A stretch of 64,000 nucleotides of DNA from Clostridia bacterium (lineage in GTDB: Bacteria; Bacillota; Clostridia; Lachnospirales; Lachnospiraceae): positions 72,900 to 136,899 of the forward strand of contig CAJTHL010000010.1 of NCBI GenBank assembly GCA_910576205.1, given 5' to 3'. The position numbers were made by a program, and so were the translations under genes. The notes below the pieces were generated by a model. The model had not been told where the DNA came from. It searched no databases and worked only from the letters and a program-made list of their open reading frames with translations. This document shows, in pieces, positions 28,851-37,030 of this stretch (position 1 is the stretch's first letter; each line of letters begins with the position of its first letter).

Positions 28851-29522
28851 TTACCTGTTTACCATTCCCATTTCCGAAAACGGCCACACCCGGAACAGCA
28901 CTCTTCCTATAACCATGTCGTTTCCCACGCAGCCCACGGCTGTGTTCCGGCTGTCTATGCTGGTAGCCCGATGATCCCCCATCACAAAGCACTTGTTGTC
29001 CGGCACCTGGTATGGCAGCTGTATGTTGCAGTCCCCCAGGGCCTTATCCGTGACGTAAGGCTCATCCAGCAGTTGATTATTCACGTACACATTACCTTCT
29101 TTATCGATATCTACCCAATCACCGGCGGAGGCGATCACCCGCTTTACCAGAATATTATTGTTATAATAAAATGCAATAATATCGCCGGTGGAATACTGGG
29201 AACTCTTGATTCCCACCACAATGTCTTTGTCCCTAAGGGAGTCCGACATGGAAGTTCCGCTGATCTGAAGTACCGGAAGCAGCAAAACGGCAATCAGAAC
29301 AGCTGCCGCAGCTACCACCATCAAAGAGAATACGGTGCTTTTTAAAACCCTGCTATAGCTGTTTTTATACTGCTCTCTCTTAAGCTCCTCTTCCAGGAGT
29401 TCAAGACTTGGAAAATCCAGCTTTACAGGCTCCTGCTCCGGCGGGTCCGAGGTCCCGGGAATCTCTTGCATAGGCAGCTGTATCTGTCCAAACTCCCTAG
29501 ATTTTTTTACGCCTACATACAT
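28851..29522 (-). CDS. signal peptidase I (LepB/SipS type)
   Basis: 223 aa. 'ISGTSMSDSL', 'VKRVIASAGD', 'GDHRATSIDSR' boxes B-E. Confidence 0.85.
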   Translation of the reverse strand: MYVGVKKSREFGQIQLPMQEIPGTSDPPEQEPVKLDFPSLELLEEELKREQYKNSYSRVLKSTVFSLMVVAAAAVLIAVLLLPVLQISGTSMSDSLRDKDIVVGIKSSQYSTGDIIAFYYNNNILVKRVIASAGDWVDIDKEGNVYVNNQLLDEPYVTDKALGDCNIQLPYQVPDNKCFVMGDHRATSIDSRNTAVGCVGNDMVIGRVLFRVWPFSEMGMVNR

Positions 29523-29528
29523 ATACTA

Positions 29529-30233
29529 TCAAACCTCGATATCCTCCCATCGCAGACTGTCTGACCTGCGTCTGCTTTTTCCACCCTTACCAGGCGTCAC
29601 GCCGATTCCCTGACGTCTGGCCTTCTGCTTCATATACAGCACTCTCATTTTGGAGAGCAGCTCCGGAATGGATCGGGATTCTGTCAGATCCTTCCACCTG
29701 GAACGCCATGTCTCTATCTCCGTTTTCTGTTCCTGTATCTTTGTATCCCTTTCCTCCATCTGCTGGCTCAGCTTTCTTATTAATACTTCTTTATCTTCCA
29801 GTTCATCCCGCAAACGGCTGTTAACCCTCTCTAACCGAAAGGTTTCATCATTCAGCTCCCGGTCTCTATCCTCCAGTTGCTTTCTCAGTCTTTTGATGGA
29901 GTCGTCCTTCTCATCCAGACGGCCTTTCAGCTTCTCCAGAAGCGCGTCCCGTTCGTTGATCTTCCCCTTCAGTCGTTCCCCGTCCTTCTGGGCCAGAACC
30001 TGAATGCTGTCTATCTCTTTGTCCTTCTCGTCCAGACGGCCTTTCAGCTTCTCAATCAAGGCATCCTTGTCGTTTAGCTTTCCCTTCAGACGCTCTGTAG
30101 TATCCATGCTCTGGGTCAGATCCGTATTTGTTTTTTCAAGCTCTTCCCGCAGCGCCAGATTCTCCTTGCTCTGGGTCACCAGAAGCTGCAGCAGATCCTG
30201 CCTGCGCAGTTTATGCAACTCTTTTCCCGTCAT
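29529..30233 (-). CDS. coiled-coil protein with internal ~40-aa repeat (hypothetical)
   Basis: 234 aa, K/E/R/L-rich heptads. 'LKGKxNxxDALxEKLKGRLDEKD' repeated, with ~120-nt DNA duplication. Confidence 0.5.
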   Translation of the reverse strand: MTGKELHKLRRQDLLQLLVTQSKENLALREELEKTNTDLTQSMDTTERLKGKLNDKDALIEKLKGRLDEKDKEIDSIQVLAQKDGERLKGKINERDALLEKLKGRLDEKDDSIKRLRKQLEDRDRELNDETFRLERVNSRLRDELEDKEVLIRKLSQQMEERDTKIQEQKTEIETWRSRWKDLTESRSIPELLSKMRVLYMKQKARRQGIGVTPGKGGKSRRRSDSLRWEDIEV

Positions 30234-30591
30234 ATCCTGTCAAGCCCTGTTTTCAAGATTTTATACCACACGAAAAAGTCTGAATTTCTTTTTTTCATAA
30301 AGTATTCCAGACTCTATCTGTCTCACACAATCTTTGTGTGCTAATATGAAACTTTACCCGTGAGCCGCATATCGGAAATATGCCGTATAAATAATTTCCT
30401 CCATTAGGAAAACACCCCCCCCCGGGAAATTTCGAGGGATTTGTCTGCCGTAACTGTCCGACTGCAATTATCTTCTCTACCCATATCGGAGAGCAGTTCC
30501 TTTTGTTCTGCAATCATTCGTGCCTGCCCCCCTGTTTTCTATTGTAAAGTATTACGCCTTACGACAAAATGTTTTATACTTAACTGCTCTC

Positions 30592-30620
30592 ATTTTATGC
30601 GAATTCCTATGAAATGTCAA
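30592..30620 (-). promoter_or_regulatory. sigma-A-like promoter in 420-nt intergenic region
   Basis: Minus strand TTGACA-17-TAAAAT. Confidence 0.4.
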
Positions 30621-30655
30621 TACGTTTTGGGAAAACAAAAAAACTTTGTTAATCT

Positions 30656-31339
30656 TTAGACATTCATCCGCAGCTGCCTTTCCCGCTCCGCAGCCATCCG
30701 TCCAAACAGCTCCACTTCCTTCTCCACTTCTTTTTTATTGCCACCAAAAACTGCCCGCTGGATAGCGCCCACCTGGCTCATCATACCGTTTTCCAGGGCT
30801 GCCACCCTGGGGGCGGACTTCACCTGGCAGCTTCTGGCCGTATCATAGGCCTTCTCCACAAGCTTGCGGATATCCTTGTCCTCCACGCTTCCCATAATGC
30901 CCTCCAGCTGGGCCGTGGCAGTGCGGACAAATTTCAGCTCTCCCTGCATCCGCGCCTCGTTGGAAGCCGTCTTTTCGTTGGCCAGCATGCTCGTCAGAAG
31001 GGCAAAGGCATAGACCGCCAGAAGGAGAATCTGGACTATCAATGCACCCTTCCACCCCTCGGGATGCACCAGGATAAAGATCACGCCGGCCACCAGCTCA
31101 ATCATAAAGTAGGCACTGGCAATGGTATACAGGGAAAACCCGTACACATCGCTGCTCTTTCCCCTGGTGACCATATGCGGGGTCAGCAGCATCAGCCCAT
31201 ACGCCCCGTGGATAAAGCAATAGGAAATCCAGACCGATGCCGGATGCCCTTTCACTCCCGCCATGGTAAAAAACAAAATATTAAATGCTAGCAGAAAAAT
31301 AAGATCTAAAATAATCCATAAAATTCTTGTCTTTTTCAC
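30656..31339 (-). CDS. membrane protein (YdjH-like?) with cytoplasmic C-terminal domain
   Basis: 227 aa, ~5 TM then soluble coiled region. Confidence 0.5.
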   Translation of the reverse strand: MKKTRILWIILDLIFLLAFNILFFTMAGVKGHPASVWISYCFIHGAYGLMLLTPHMVTRGKSSDVYGFSLYTIASAYFMIELVAGVIFILVHPEGWKGALIVQILLLAVYAFALLTSMLANEKTASNEARMQGELKFVRTATAQLEGIMGSVEDKDIRKLVEKAYDTARSCQVKSAPRVAALENGMMSQVGAIQRAVFGGNKKEVEKEVELFGRMAAERERQLRMNV

Positions 31340-31366
31340 TCCGGTTCCTCCTTTTTCTTTCCTGTC

Positions 31367-32635
31367 TTATATTACCGGCGTCCCGCACTCGCTGCAAAAG
31401 CGCACCCCCAGCTCCAGCTTTGCGCCACAGCCTTTGCAGTTCTCCTGGGCCGGCGCCGGGTTCACGGGCGAACCGCAGTTGTTGCAAAACTTTGCTCCCA
31501 CCGGGTTTTCCGCCCCGCAGACGGGACATTCAGGCTTCTCCTGTTCCAGCTTTCCCCCGCAGTTATTGCAGAATTTCGAGCCCTTCTTATTGGGACTTTT
31601 GCAGGCAGGACATTTTATCTCCTCTGCCAAAGGAGCCCCCTGGCTCTTTTCTGACGGGGAGGGCTGGGCCTGCCGGGAGGCGGCCGGGGCCGCGCCTGCC
31701 ATACCGCCCTCCATGGGGACGAACATCTGCTGGGCCATGGTTCCAAACACGCTTCCGGCCGCCATACCTATGCCAAAGCCCGCTCCGGCCGCAGCCGTTC
31801 CGCCGGCTCCCGGATTCCGTGCCACATCCCGCAGGATATCTGCGGAGGTTCTCTGGGCCCAGCTGATCCCGTAAATCTGGTCTGCCCGGTGCTGGGCGTA
31901 AGCCTCCTCCAGACGGATACGGCCCGGGTCATTCTCCGGAATATCCAGGGCGGCTATGGAAAAGTCCACCAGGCGGATCCCGTATTCGTCAAAGGCCTCC
32001 CCCATTTGCCGGGCAATCTCCTCCGCCAGCATATCCTGCTGGGAACAGATGCCCAGAATTTCCTCGTTGGAATTTTTTATATATCCGGCAATCAGGCTTT
32101 TGATATGCTGGGAAAACCGGCTGCGGAAATATGCGGTCATGTCCTCTTTTGTCATATACGCCTTGCTGTTTCCCACCATTTTCAAGAGGAATTTTTTAGA
32201 ATTCTGCACCTGCACCCGGTAAGCGCCCCTGGCCATAACGCTGGTAGCAATCCCCTGAATGGGATCCCGCACCTGGATGGGGGAATCCGTGCCCCAGAGC
32301 ACCTCCATGGAATGCACCTTGTTTACAAAATACACCTTGCAGTTGAAGGTGCTGATACCTCCTGTCAAGGCATTGCGCAGACGGCTTATAAAAGGATAAT
32401 TGCTGGTATCCAGCTTGTATTTTCCGCCAGTAAACACCTGCTCGATAACGCCATCCTTGAAAAACAGCGCCTCCTCCGACTCCGCCACAATCAGCGTAGA
32501 GTTGTTGTTGAAATCCTCTTCTCCGTTAAGCCAGATCAGGGTATCCACAGGGGAAGTATTTTTGATGACGTCGGCAAAATGCTTTTTCCCGCCCACATAA
32601 TTCACTTCATTTTCATTTTTTGCAAATAATCCCAT
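31367..32635 (-). CDS. SPFH/band-7 domain protein (YdjI-like) with three C-terminal zinc ribbons
   Basis: 422 aa. N-terminal SPFH-like domain; C-terminal 'CPACKSPNKKGSKFCNNCG', 'CPVCGAENPVGAKFCNNCG', 'CKGCGAKLELGVRFCSECG'. Confidence 0.6.
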   Translation of the reverse strand: MGLFAKNENEVNYVGGKKHFADVIKNTSPVDTLIWLNGEEDFNNNSTLIVAESEEALFFKDGVIEQVFTGGKYKLDTSNYPFISRLRNALTGGISTFNCKVYFVNKVHSMEVLWGTDSPIQVRDPIQGIATSVMARGAYRVQVQNSKKFLLKMVGNSKAYMTKEDMTAYFRSRFSQHIKSLIAGYIKNSNEEILGICSQQDMLAEEIARQMGEAFDEYGIRLVDFSIAALDIPENDPGRIRLEEAYAQHRADQIYGISWAQRTSADILRDVARNPGAGGTAAAGAGFGIGMAAGSVFGTMAQQMFVPMEGGMAGAAPAASRQAQPSPSEKSQGAPLAEEIKCPACKSPNKKGSKFCNNCGGKLEQEKPECPVCGAENPVGAKFCNNCGSPVNPAPAQENCKGCGAKLELGVRFCSECGTPVI

Positions 32636-32789
32636 ATCCGTTATCTCCTCTCATTAAAAATCCGGAAATGCCGTCTCTGGCAAAAATGCAGGGACCGTAA
32701 GCCTAAGGTCCGGAAAAAGTCTGGACGGTCAGACCTTTATCAGACTGACCGCCTTATCTTTCCCTGCATATTCTATTTACATGCTTTTC

Positions 32790-33788
32790 CTATGCATTTT
32801 TCTTGTCGCGGATCAGATTGCGCATAGCCGTAAACCGGTCAGCCAGGACAGACTCGTTCTCCCCGCTGGCTCCCAGGCTGGCGCAGAAACTACAGCCTCC
32901 CATGTAAAGTACAAAGCTCTCCCTCTTCTGATTGACATATACTTTCTTTTTGCGGTTAAACACCTTGTACAGGGATTCTCTAAAGTTCATGGCCTCAACC
33001 TCCTGGTAGAAGCACTCGCTTGTCTCTTCCCGGTAAATAAGGCCCGTGGAAATATCCACGTCCGCCACATACATGAGAATCTGGGTATCGGTAAACACAA
33101 AGGTGGAAACCTCCATCAGCATAGAACGGATCCTGTCGTCCGAGCCGATCTTGTAAACCTCCTCCGGATCGTACTCCGTTCCGTCCGCCTTCTTAAACAG
33201 CGCCGAAATCCACCCAAATAAACTGAATCTGCGCCCTCTTCTTGCCTGGGATTCCGCCCTGGCATTGGAAAAGCTGTCATCCGGGGACGCGCCGAAGCCG
33301 ATCAGGGTCACCGGGTCGATAATGCTGGTCTGCTCCTGGATAAGGTTGAGCTTTTCCATACTCCTGGCCTCCAGACGGTCCGCCTGTTTTCTCCATGCCT
33401 GGTCCACGCTGGACTCGCCAGCATAGCTCTCCTTCATCAGCAAGATGATGCCAACGATAATGAGAATCAGGCCAAGACCCATCATACAGATAAAGGGTAT
33501 GCCCACAATAATCAGAACCCAGGGCAGTACCCGGTTGCTTAGGAAATATTTCCGCACTGTCTTCACGTCCACATCCCCATAGCCGCCCTGTCCCCCCGAC
33601 GTATAACCGCCCCCGGAGGGGCAACCTCCCGGCGTATAGCCGCCTGGTGTTCCCGGGGCGTAGCTTCCCGGCGTATAACTGCCAGCCCCATAGACGCTCT
33701 GCTCTGCCGGCGCCTCCACCGGACTTCCGCACACGTTGCAGAATTTCGCGTCGTTTTCCAGCGGCGCGCCACACTTTGTACAATTCAT
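32790..33788 (-). CDS. zinc-ribbon membrane protein (YdjG-like)
   Basis: 332 aa. N-terminal 'CTKCGAPLENDAKFCNVCG'; G/Y/P-rich linker; TM; C-terminal domain. Confidence 0.5.
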   Translation of the reverse strand: MNCTKCGAPLENDAKFCNVCGSPVEAPAEQSVYGAGSYTPGSYAPGTPGGYTPGGCPSGGGYTSGGQGGYGDVDVKTVRKYFLSNRVLPWVLIIVGIPFICMMGLGLILIIVGIILLMKESYAGESSVDQAWRKQADRLEARSMEKLNLIQEQTSIIDPVTLIGFGASPDDSFSNARAESQARRGRRFSLFGWISALFKKADGTEYDPEEVYKIGSDDRIRSMLMEVSTFVFTDTQILMYVADVDISTGLIYREETSECFYQEVEAMNFRESLYKVFNRKKKVYVNQKRESFVLYMGGCSFCASLGASGENESVLADRFTAMRNLIRDKKNA

Positions 33789-33872
33789 AACACAATTCCC
33801 TCCTTAAGATAATATTTCACAAAAGCCCTTCTACCCATAATTTTAAAGAAGAGAACGCTATTCTGACATAAT

Positions 33873-34466
33873 TTACAAGCAATCCGGTTTGGGCGTTCCC
33901 AGAATTCCATATAGCTGTTCCACGTCATAGACCGACAGGCCTGCCTGCACCGCCCCATTAAGAAGCTCCCGGTAATCCGGTGTGGTATTCAGCCGCTTGC
34001 AAAAATAATAGTCGTACTTTACATAGGAAAGGAAATAATAGAAAATTCCCCTGGGCTCTATCAAAAGCGCGGCATTGATGTACTCCTCAATCTTTTCTAT
34101 CACCGGCTTCACCGTCATAAAGGGCCGCTTCCCCTTAAGGAGGCAGACCGCCCCATAGAAAAAGGTTTCCGGGTTATCAAACTCCTGCTCTGCCGCCTTC
34201 TCAAAAGCTTCCTGGGCCTTGTCATAGAGACGAAGCTTAAGGTAGCACATGGCAACGGAGCGATTCAGTTCTGCGTTTTCCGGGTTTTCCGCCAGAGCCT
34301 GCCGGTAAGCGCCTGCATAGCGATTGATCTCCGGCATGGGCATGGTATAGACACTGTTAAATGTAGAGATAATGACCGGCCTGCCACAGTAACGGCACAC
34401 GGTTTCCCCGGCGCCAGACGGCGCGCCGCAGCCCGGGCATTTTAAATCAAGGATCTGATGGGCCAT
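33873..34466 (-). CDS. zinc-ribbon plus TPR-like protein
   Basis: Start at MAHQILDLKCPGCGAP (RBS GAGGGGGAAG); CxxC...CxxC then helical repeats. Confidence 0.5.
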   Translation of the reverse strand: MAHQILDLKCPGCGAPSGAGETVCRYCGRPVIISTFNSVYTMPMPEINRYAGAYRQALAENPENAELNRSVAMCYLKLRLYDKAQEAFEKAAEQEFDNPETFFYGAVCLLKGKRPFMTVKPVIEKIEEYINAALLIEPRGIFYYFLSYVKYDYYFCKRLNTTPDYRELLNGAVQAGLSVYDVEQLYGILGTPKPDCL

Positions 34467-34572
34467 AAATGACTTCCCCCTCATTTATGTATGGATGCAG
34501 TTTCGGCAAGATGTTAAAAAAAATAACTTCTTCTGGAATATTATAGTGCAAAATGTCCATTTCTGTCAAGTT

Positions 34573-37020
34573 TTATGTTTTCCAGAATTCTTCCAGATAT
34601 CCCTTAAGCTCCGGCATCCGGCATATCCTGTGCTCTTCCCATTCCCTGGGAAACAGTTTCCGGTAAGCATTCTGGGTGAAACGCTCATCCAGCAGAAGAA
34701 TCACCCCCCGGTCCTCCTGGGTACGGATCACCCGTCCGGCCGCCTGCTGCACCTTGTTCATGCCCGGGTACTGATAGGCGTAGGCAAAGCCGTCCATCCC
34801 CCGCTCCTCATAAAACCGGCGCAAAAGCTCCCGCTCCCGACAGATTTGGGGAAGCCCGGGCCCCACAATAATGCTGCCGATAAGGGCATCCTGCTTCAGA
34901 TCAATCCCCTCGGAAAAAATGCCTCCCATAATGCAAAAGCCAAGAAGGCTTTCTCCGCCTCCCTGCTCCTCAAAGGCCTCCAGAAATTCCTCCCGCTTTT
35001 TCTCCGTCATGCCTGCGTACTGGGTAAGAAAGCGGACGTCCGGCCCCAGAAACTTCTCCTCGTAGAGGTCTGCCACCTCCTGAAGCATTTTATAGGACGG
35101 AAAAAACGCCAGGTAATTGCCGGGACGGCTGTCCACGGTCTGGCTGATATACGCCGCAATCCGCTCATACTCCCCGGCATTTCTCCTGTTGTAGCGGCTG
35201 CTCACATCCCTGCCCACCAGAAGCAGGCGGTTTTCCCGGGAAAACGGAGACTGGGCATAGATGGCGTAGTCGTCCTCCGCCCCCAGAAGATGCTTATAGT
35301 AGGGCATGGGCAAAAGCGTGGCGGAAAAGAAAATGGCGCTGTTTCCCTTGTCCAGGCATTCCCGCAGGTTCCGGGCCGTCTCCACGCAGTAGAGCTTTAT
35401 CTTAAACCGGCCGTCTTCCTGAAGCTCTGTATAGATGATATAGTCCCCCCCGGACAGCTCTTTTTCCTCTGTCTCCTGCTCCGCCCCCGGCACAGCTTCC
35501 TCCCGGGCCTTCTGTCCAGGAGGCAGTCCGCTCTCTCTTTCTGCCAGCGCGTAAATATTCAGAAAATGCCGTACCTGGAAATAAAACTCCGGCACAGCGT
35601 CGGAAAGCTCCGCCTCCAGGCCCTCCTCCCGGATTTTTTCCAGCTCCGCCATCACATCCATAAGTGCCATCACAAAGAAGGTGATCTCCGTGTGTACCTG
35701 GCAGTCGCCGCTTTCCCGCTTAAGGGCCAGCAGGTATTTGTTGCACTTGTCAAGCTTCCTGCAGAATCCCGGCCATCTGCCCTTCATCTGACGCTTAAGG
35801 GACAGAAAATCCTCCTTGTAGAGCGTGGCACTGTACATCTCCCTCCCCCGCTCCACCAGATTGTGGGCCTCGTCGATGAGAAAAAGATATTCTCCTTTGA
35901 CCCCCTCGGAAAAAAAACGCTTCAGATGCACATTGGGGTCAAACACATAGTTGTAGTCGCAGATAACGGCGTCCGCCCAGGTGGAAAGATCCAGGCTCAG
36001 CTCAAAGGGGCACACCTGGTATTTCAAGGCCTGCTCCTCAATGACTTCCCGGTTCCAGTCGTCCTCCTCCCGGGTAAGCAGATCAAACATGGCCGCGTTT
36101 ACCCGGTCATAGTGGCCCTTTGCATGGATACAGTTCTCTGGATTGCAGTCCATGCGCTCACAGGTACACAGTTTTTCTTTTGCCGTCAGCACCACCGTCT
36201 TCAAGCGAAGCCCCTGGTCCCGCAGCAGGGAAAAGGCCTCTGCGGCCACAGTCCTTGTGATGGTCTTTGCCGTCAGATAGAAAATCTTGTCCCCAAGTCC
36301 TGTTCCAAGGGCTTTCACAGCCGGAAACACTGCGGACATAGTCTTTCCCACCCCCGTAGGAGCCTGGATAAACAGCCGCTTCTTCCGCAGCATGGCCCGG
36401 TACACATTTGTCGTCAGCTCCCGCTGTCCCTCCCGATAGGGGAAAGGGAATTCAAGAGGTTCAATAGAGGCCCTCCTGTGCATTGCCCATTGATACTGGA
36501 AAGATGCCCATTTTCCATATTCTTCCATCAAAGAGAAGAACCATTGCTTTAGATAAGCCGCCGAATAGGCTTCCCGGAAATATTTCTTCTCCTCCGTGTC
36601 CAGATTACAGTAGGTCATCTGCACGCCTATGGAGTCAAGCCCCTTCTGGCTGGCGTAAATCCAGGCATAGCACATGGCCTGGGCCAGATGCACCGGCACG
36701 GGCTCCGTAAAAGCGGCCAGATCCCGGTAGACCCCCTTGATCTCATCCACAAAGGTTTCCCCGTCCTCCGGGAAAATCCCGTCCGCCCGGCCCTCCACCT
36801 GGCAGTCGAAATCCCCCATGGGAACCAGAAGCTTAAGCGCCACCTCCGCCTGGTAGGAAGCTCCCATCTGACGCTGGATTTTCCGGTGGAGCCGCCCGCC
36901 TGCCAGCATGGCCTCCCGGTCTGCCCGGCCTCCTCTTCGGTTGTCCAGATCCCCGCTTCTTAAGATAAATTCCACAAGATTGCGGACGGAGATCCTTATA
37001 AGCTTTCTCTCATTTTCCAT
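34573..37020 (-). CDS. Cas4/RecB-like PD-(D/E)xK nuclease fused to SF2 XPD/Rad3/DinG-family helicase
   Basis: Start at MENERKLIRISVRNLVEF. Nuclease motifs 'EGRADGIF', 'VDEIKG', 'QAMCYAWIY'. Walker A 'APTGVGKT', DEAH box 'LIDEAHNL', helicase C-terminal motifs. Confidence 0.75.
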   Translation of the reverse strand: MENERKLIRISVRNLVEFILRSGDLDNRRGGRADREAMLAGGRLHRKIQRQMGASYQAEVALKLLVPMGDFDCQVEGRADGIFPEDGETFVDEIKGVYRDLAAFTEPVPVHLAQAMCYAWIYASQKGLDSIGVQMTYCNLDTEEKKYFREAYSAAYLKQWFFSLMEEYGKWASFQYQWAMHRRASIEPLEFPFPYREGQRELTTNVYRAMLRKKRLFIQAPTGVGKTMSAVFPAVKALGTGLGDKIFYLTAKTITRTVAAEAFSLLRDQGLRLKTVVLTAKEKLCTCERMDCNPENCIHAKGHYDRVNAAMFDLLTREEDDWNREVIEEQALKYQVCPFELSLDLSTWADAVICDYNYVFDPNVHLKRFFSEGVKGEYLFLIDEAHNLVERGREMYSATLYKEDFLSLKRQMKGRWPGFCRKLDKCNKYLLALKRESGDCQVHTEITFFVMALMDVMAELEKIREEGLEAELSDAVPEFYFQVRHFLNIYALAERESGLPPGQKAREEAVPGAEQETEEKELSGGDYIIYTELQEDGRFKIKLYCVETARNLRECLDKGNSAIFFSATLLPMPYYKHLLGAEDDYAIYAQSPFSRENRLLLVGRDVSSRYNRRNAGEYERIAAYISQTVDSRPGNYLAFFPSYKMLQEVADLYEEKFLGPDVRFLTQYAGMTEKKREEFLEAFEEQGGGESLLGFCIMGGIFSEGIDLKQDALIGSIIVGPGLPQICRERELLRRFYEERGMDGFAYAYQYPGMNKVQQAAGRVIRTQEDRGVILLLDERFTQNAYRKLFPREWEEHRICRMPELKGYLEEFWKT

Positions 37021-37030
37021 TGGTTCTCCA

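Noticed and set aside
30295-30513. 72-aa minus-strand ORF spanning the G9 tract
   Set aside because: Gly/Pro-rich translation caused by the homopolymer; no RBS; inside an otherwise non-coding spacer.
34495-36552. 685-aa plus-strand ORF
   Set aside because: Antisense to the nuclease-helicase gene, which has unambiguous Walker A/DEAH motifs; Arg/Pro/Leu-rich composition typical of shadow ORFs.
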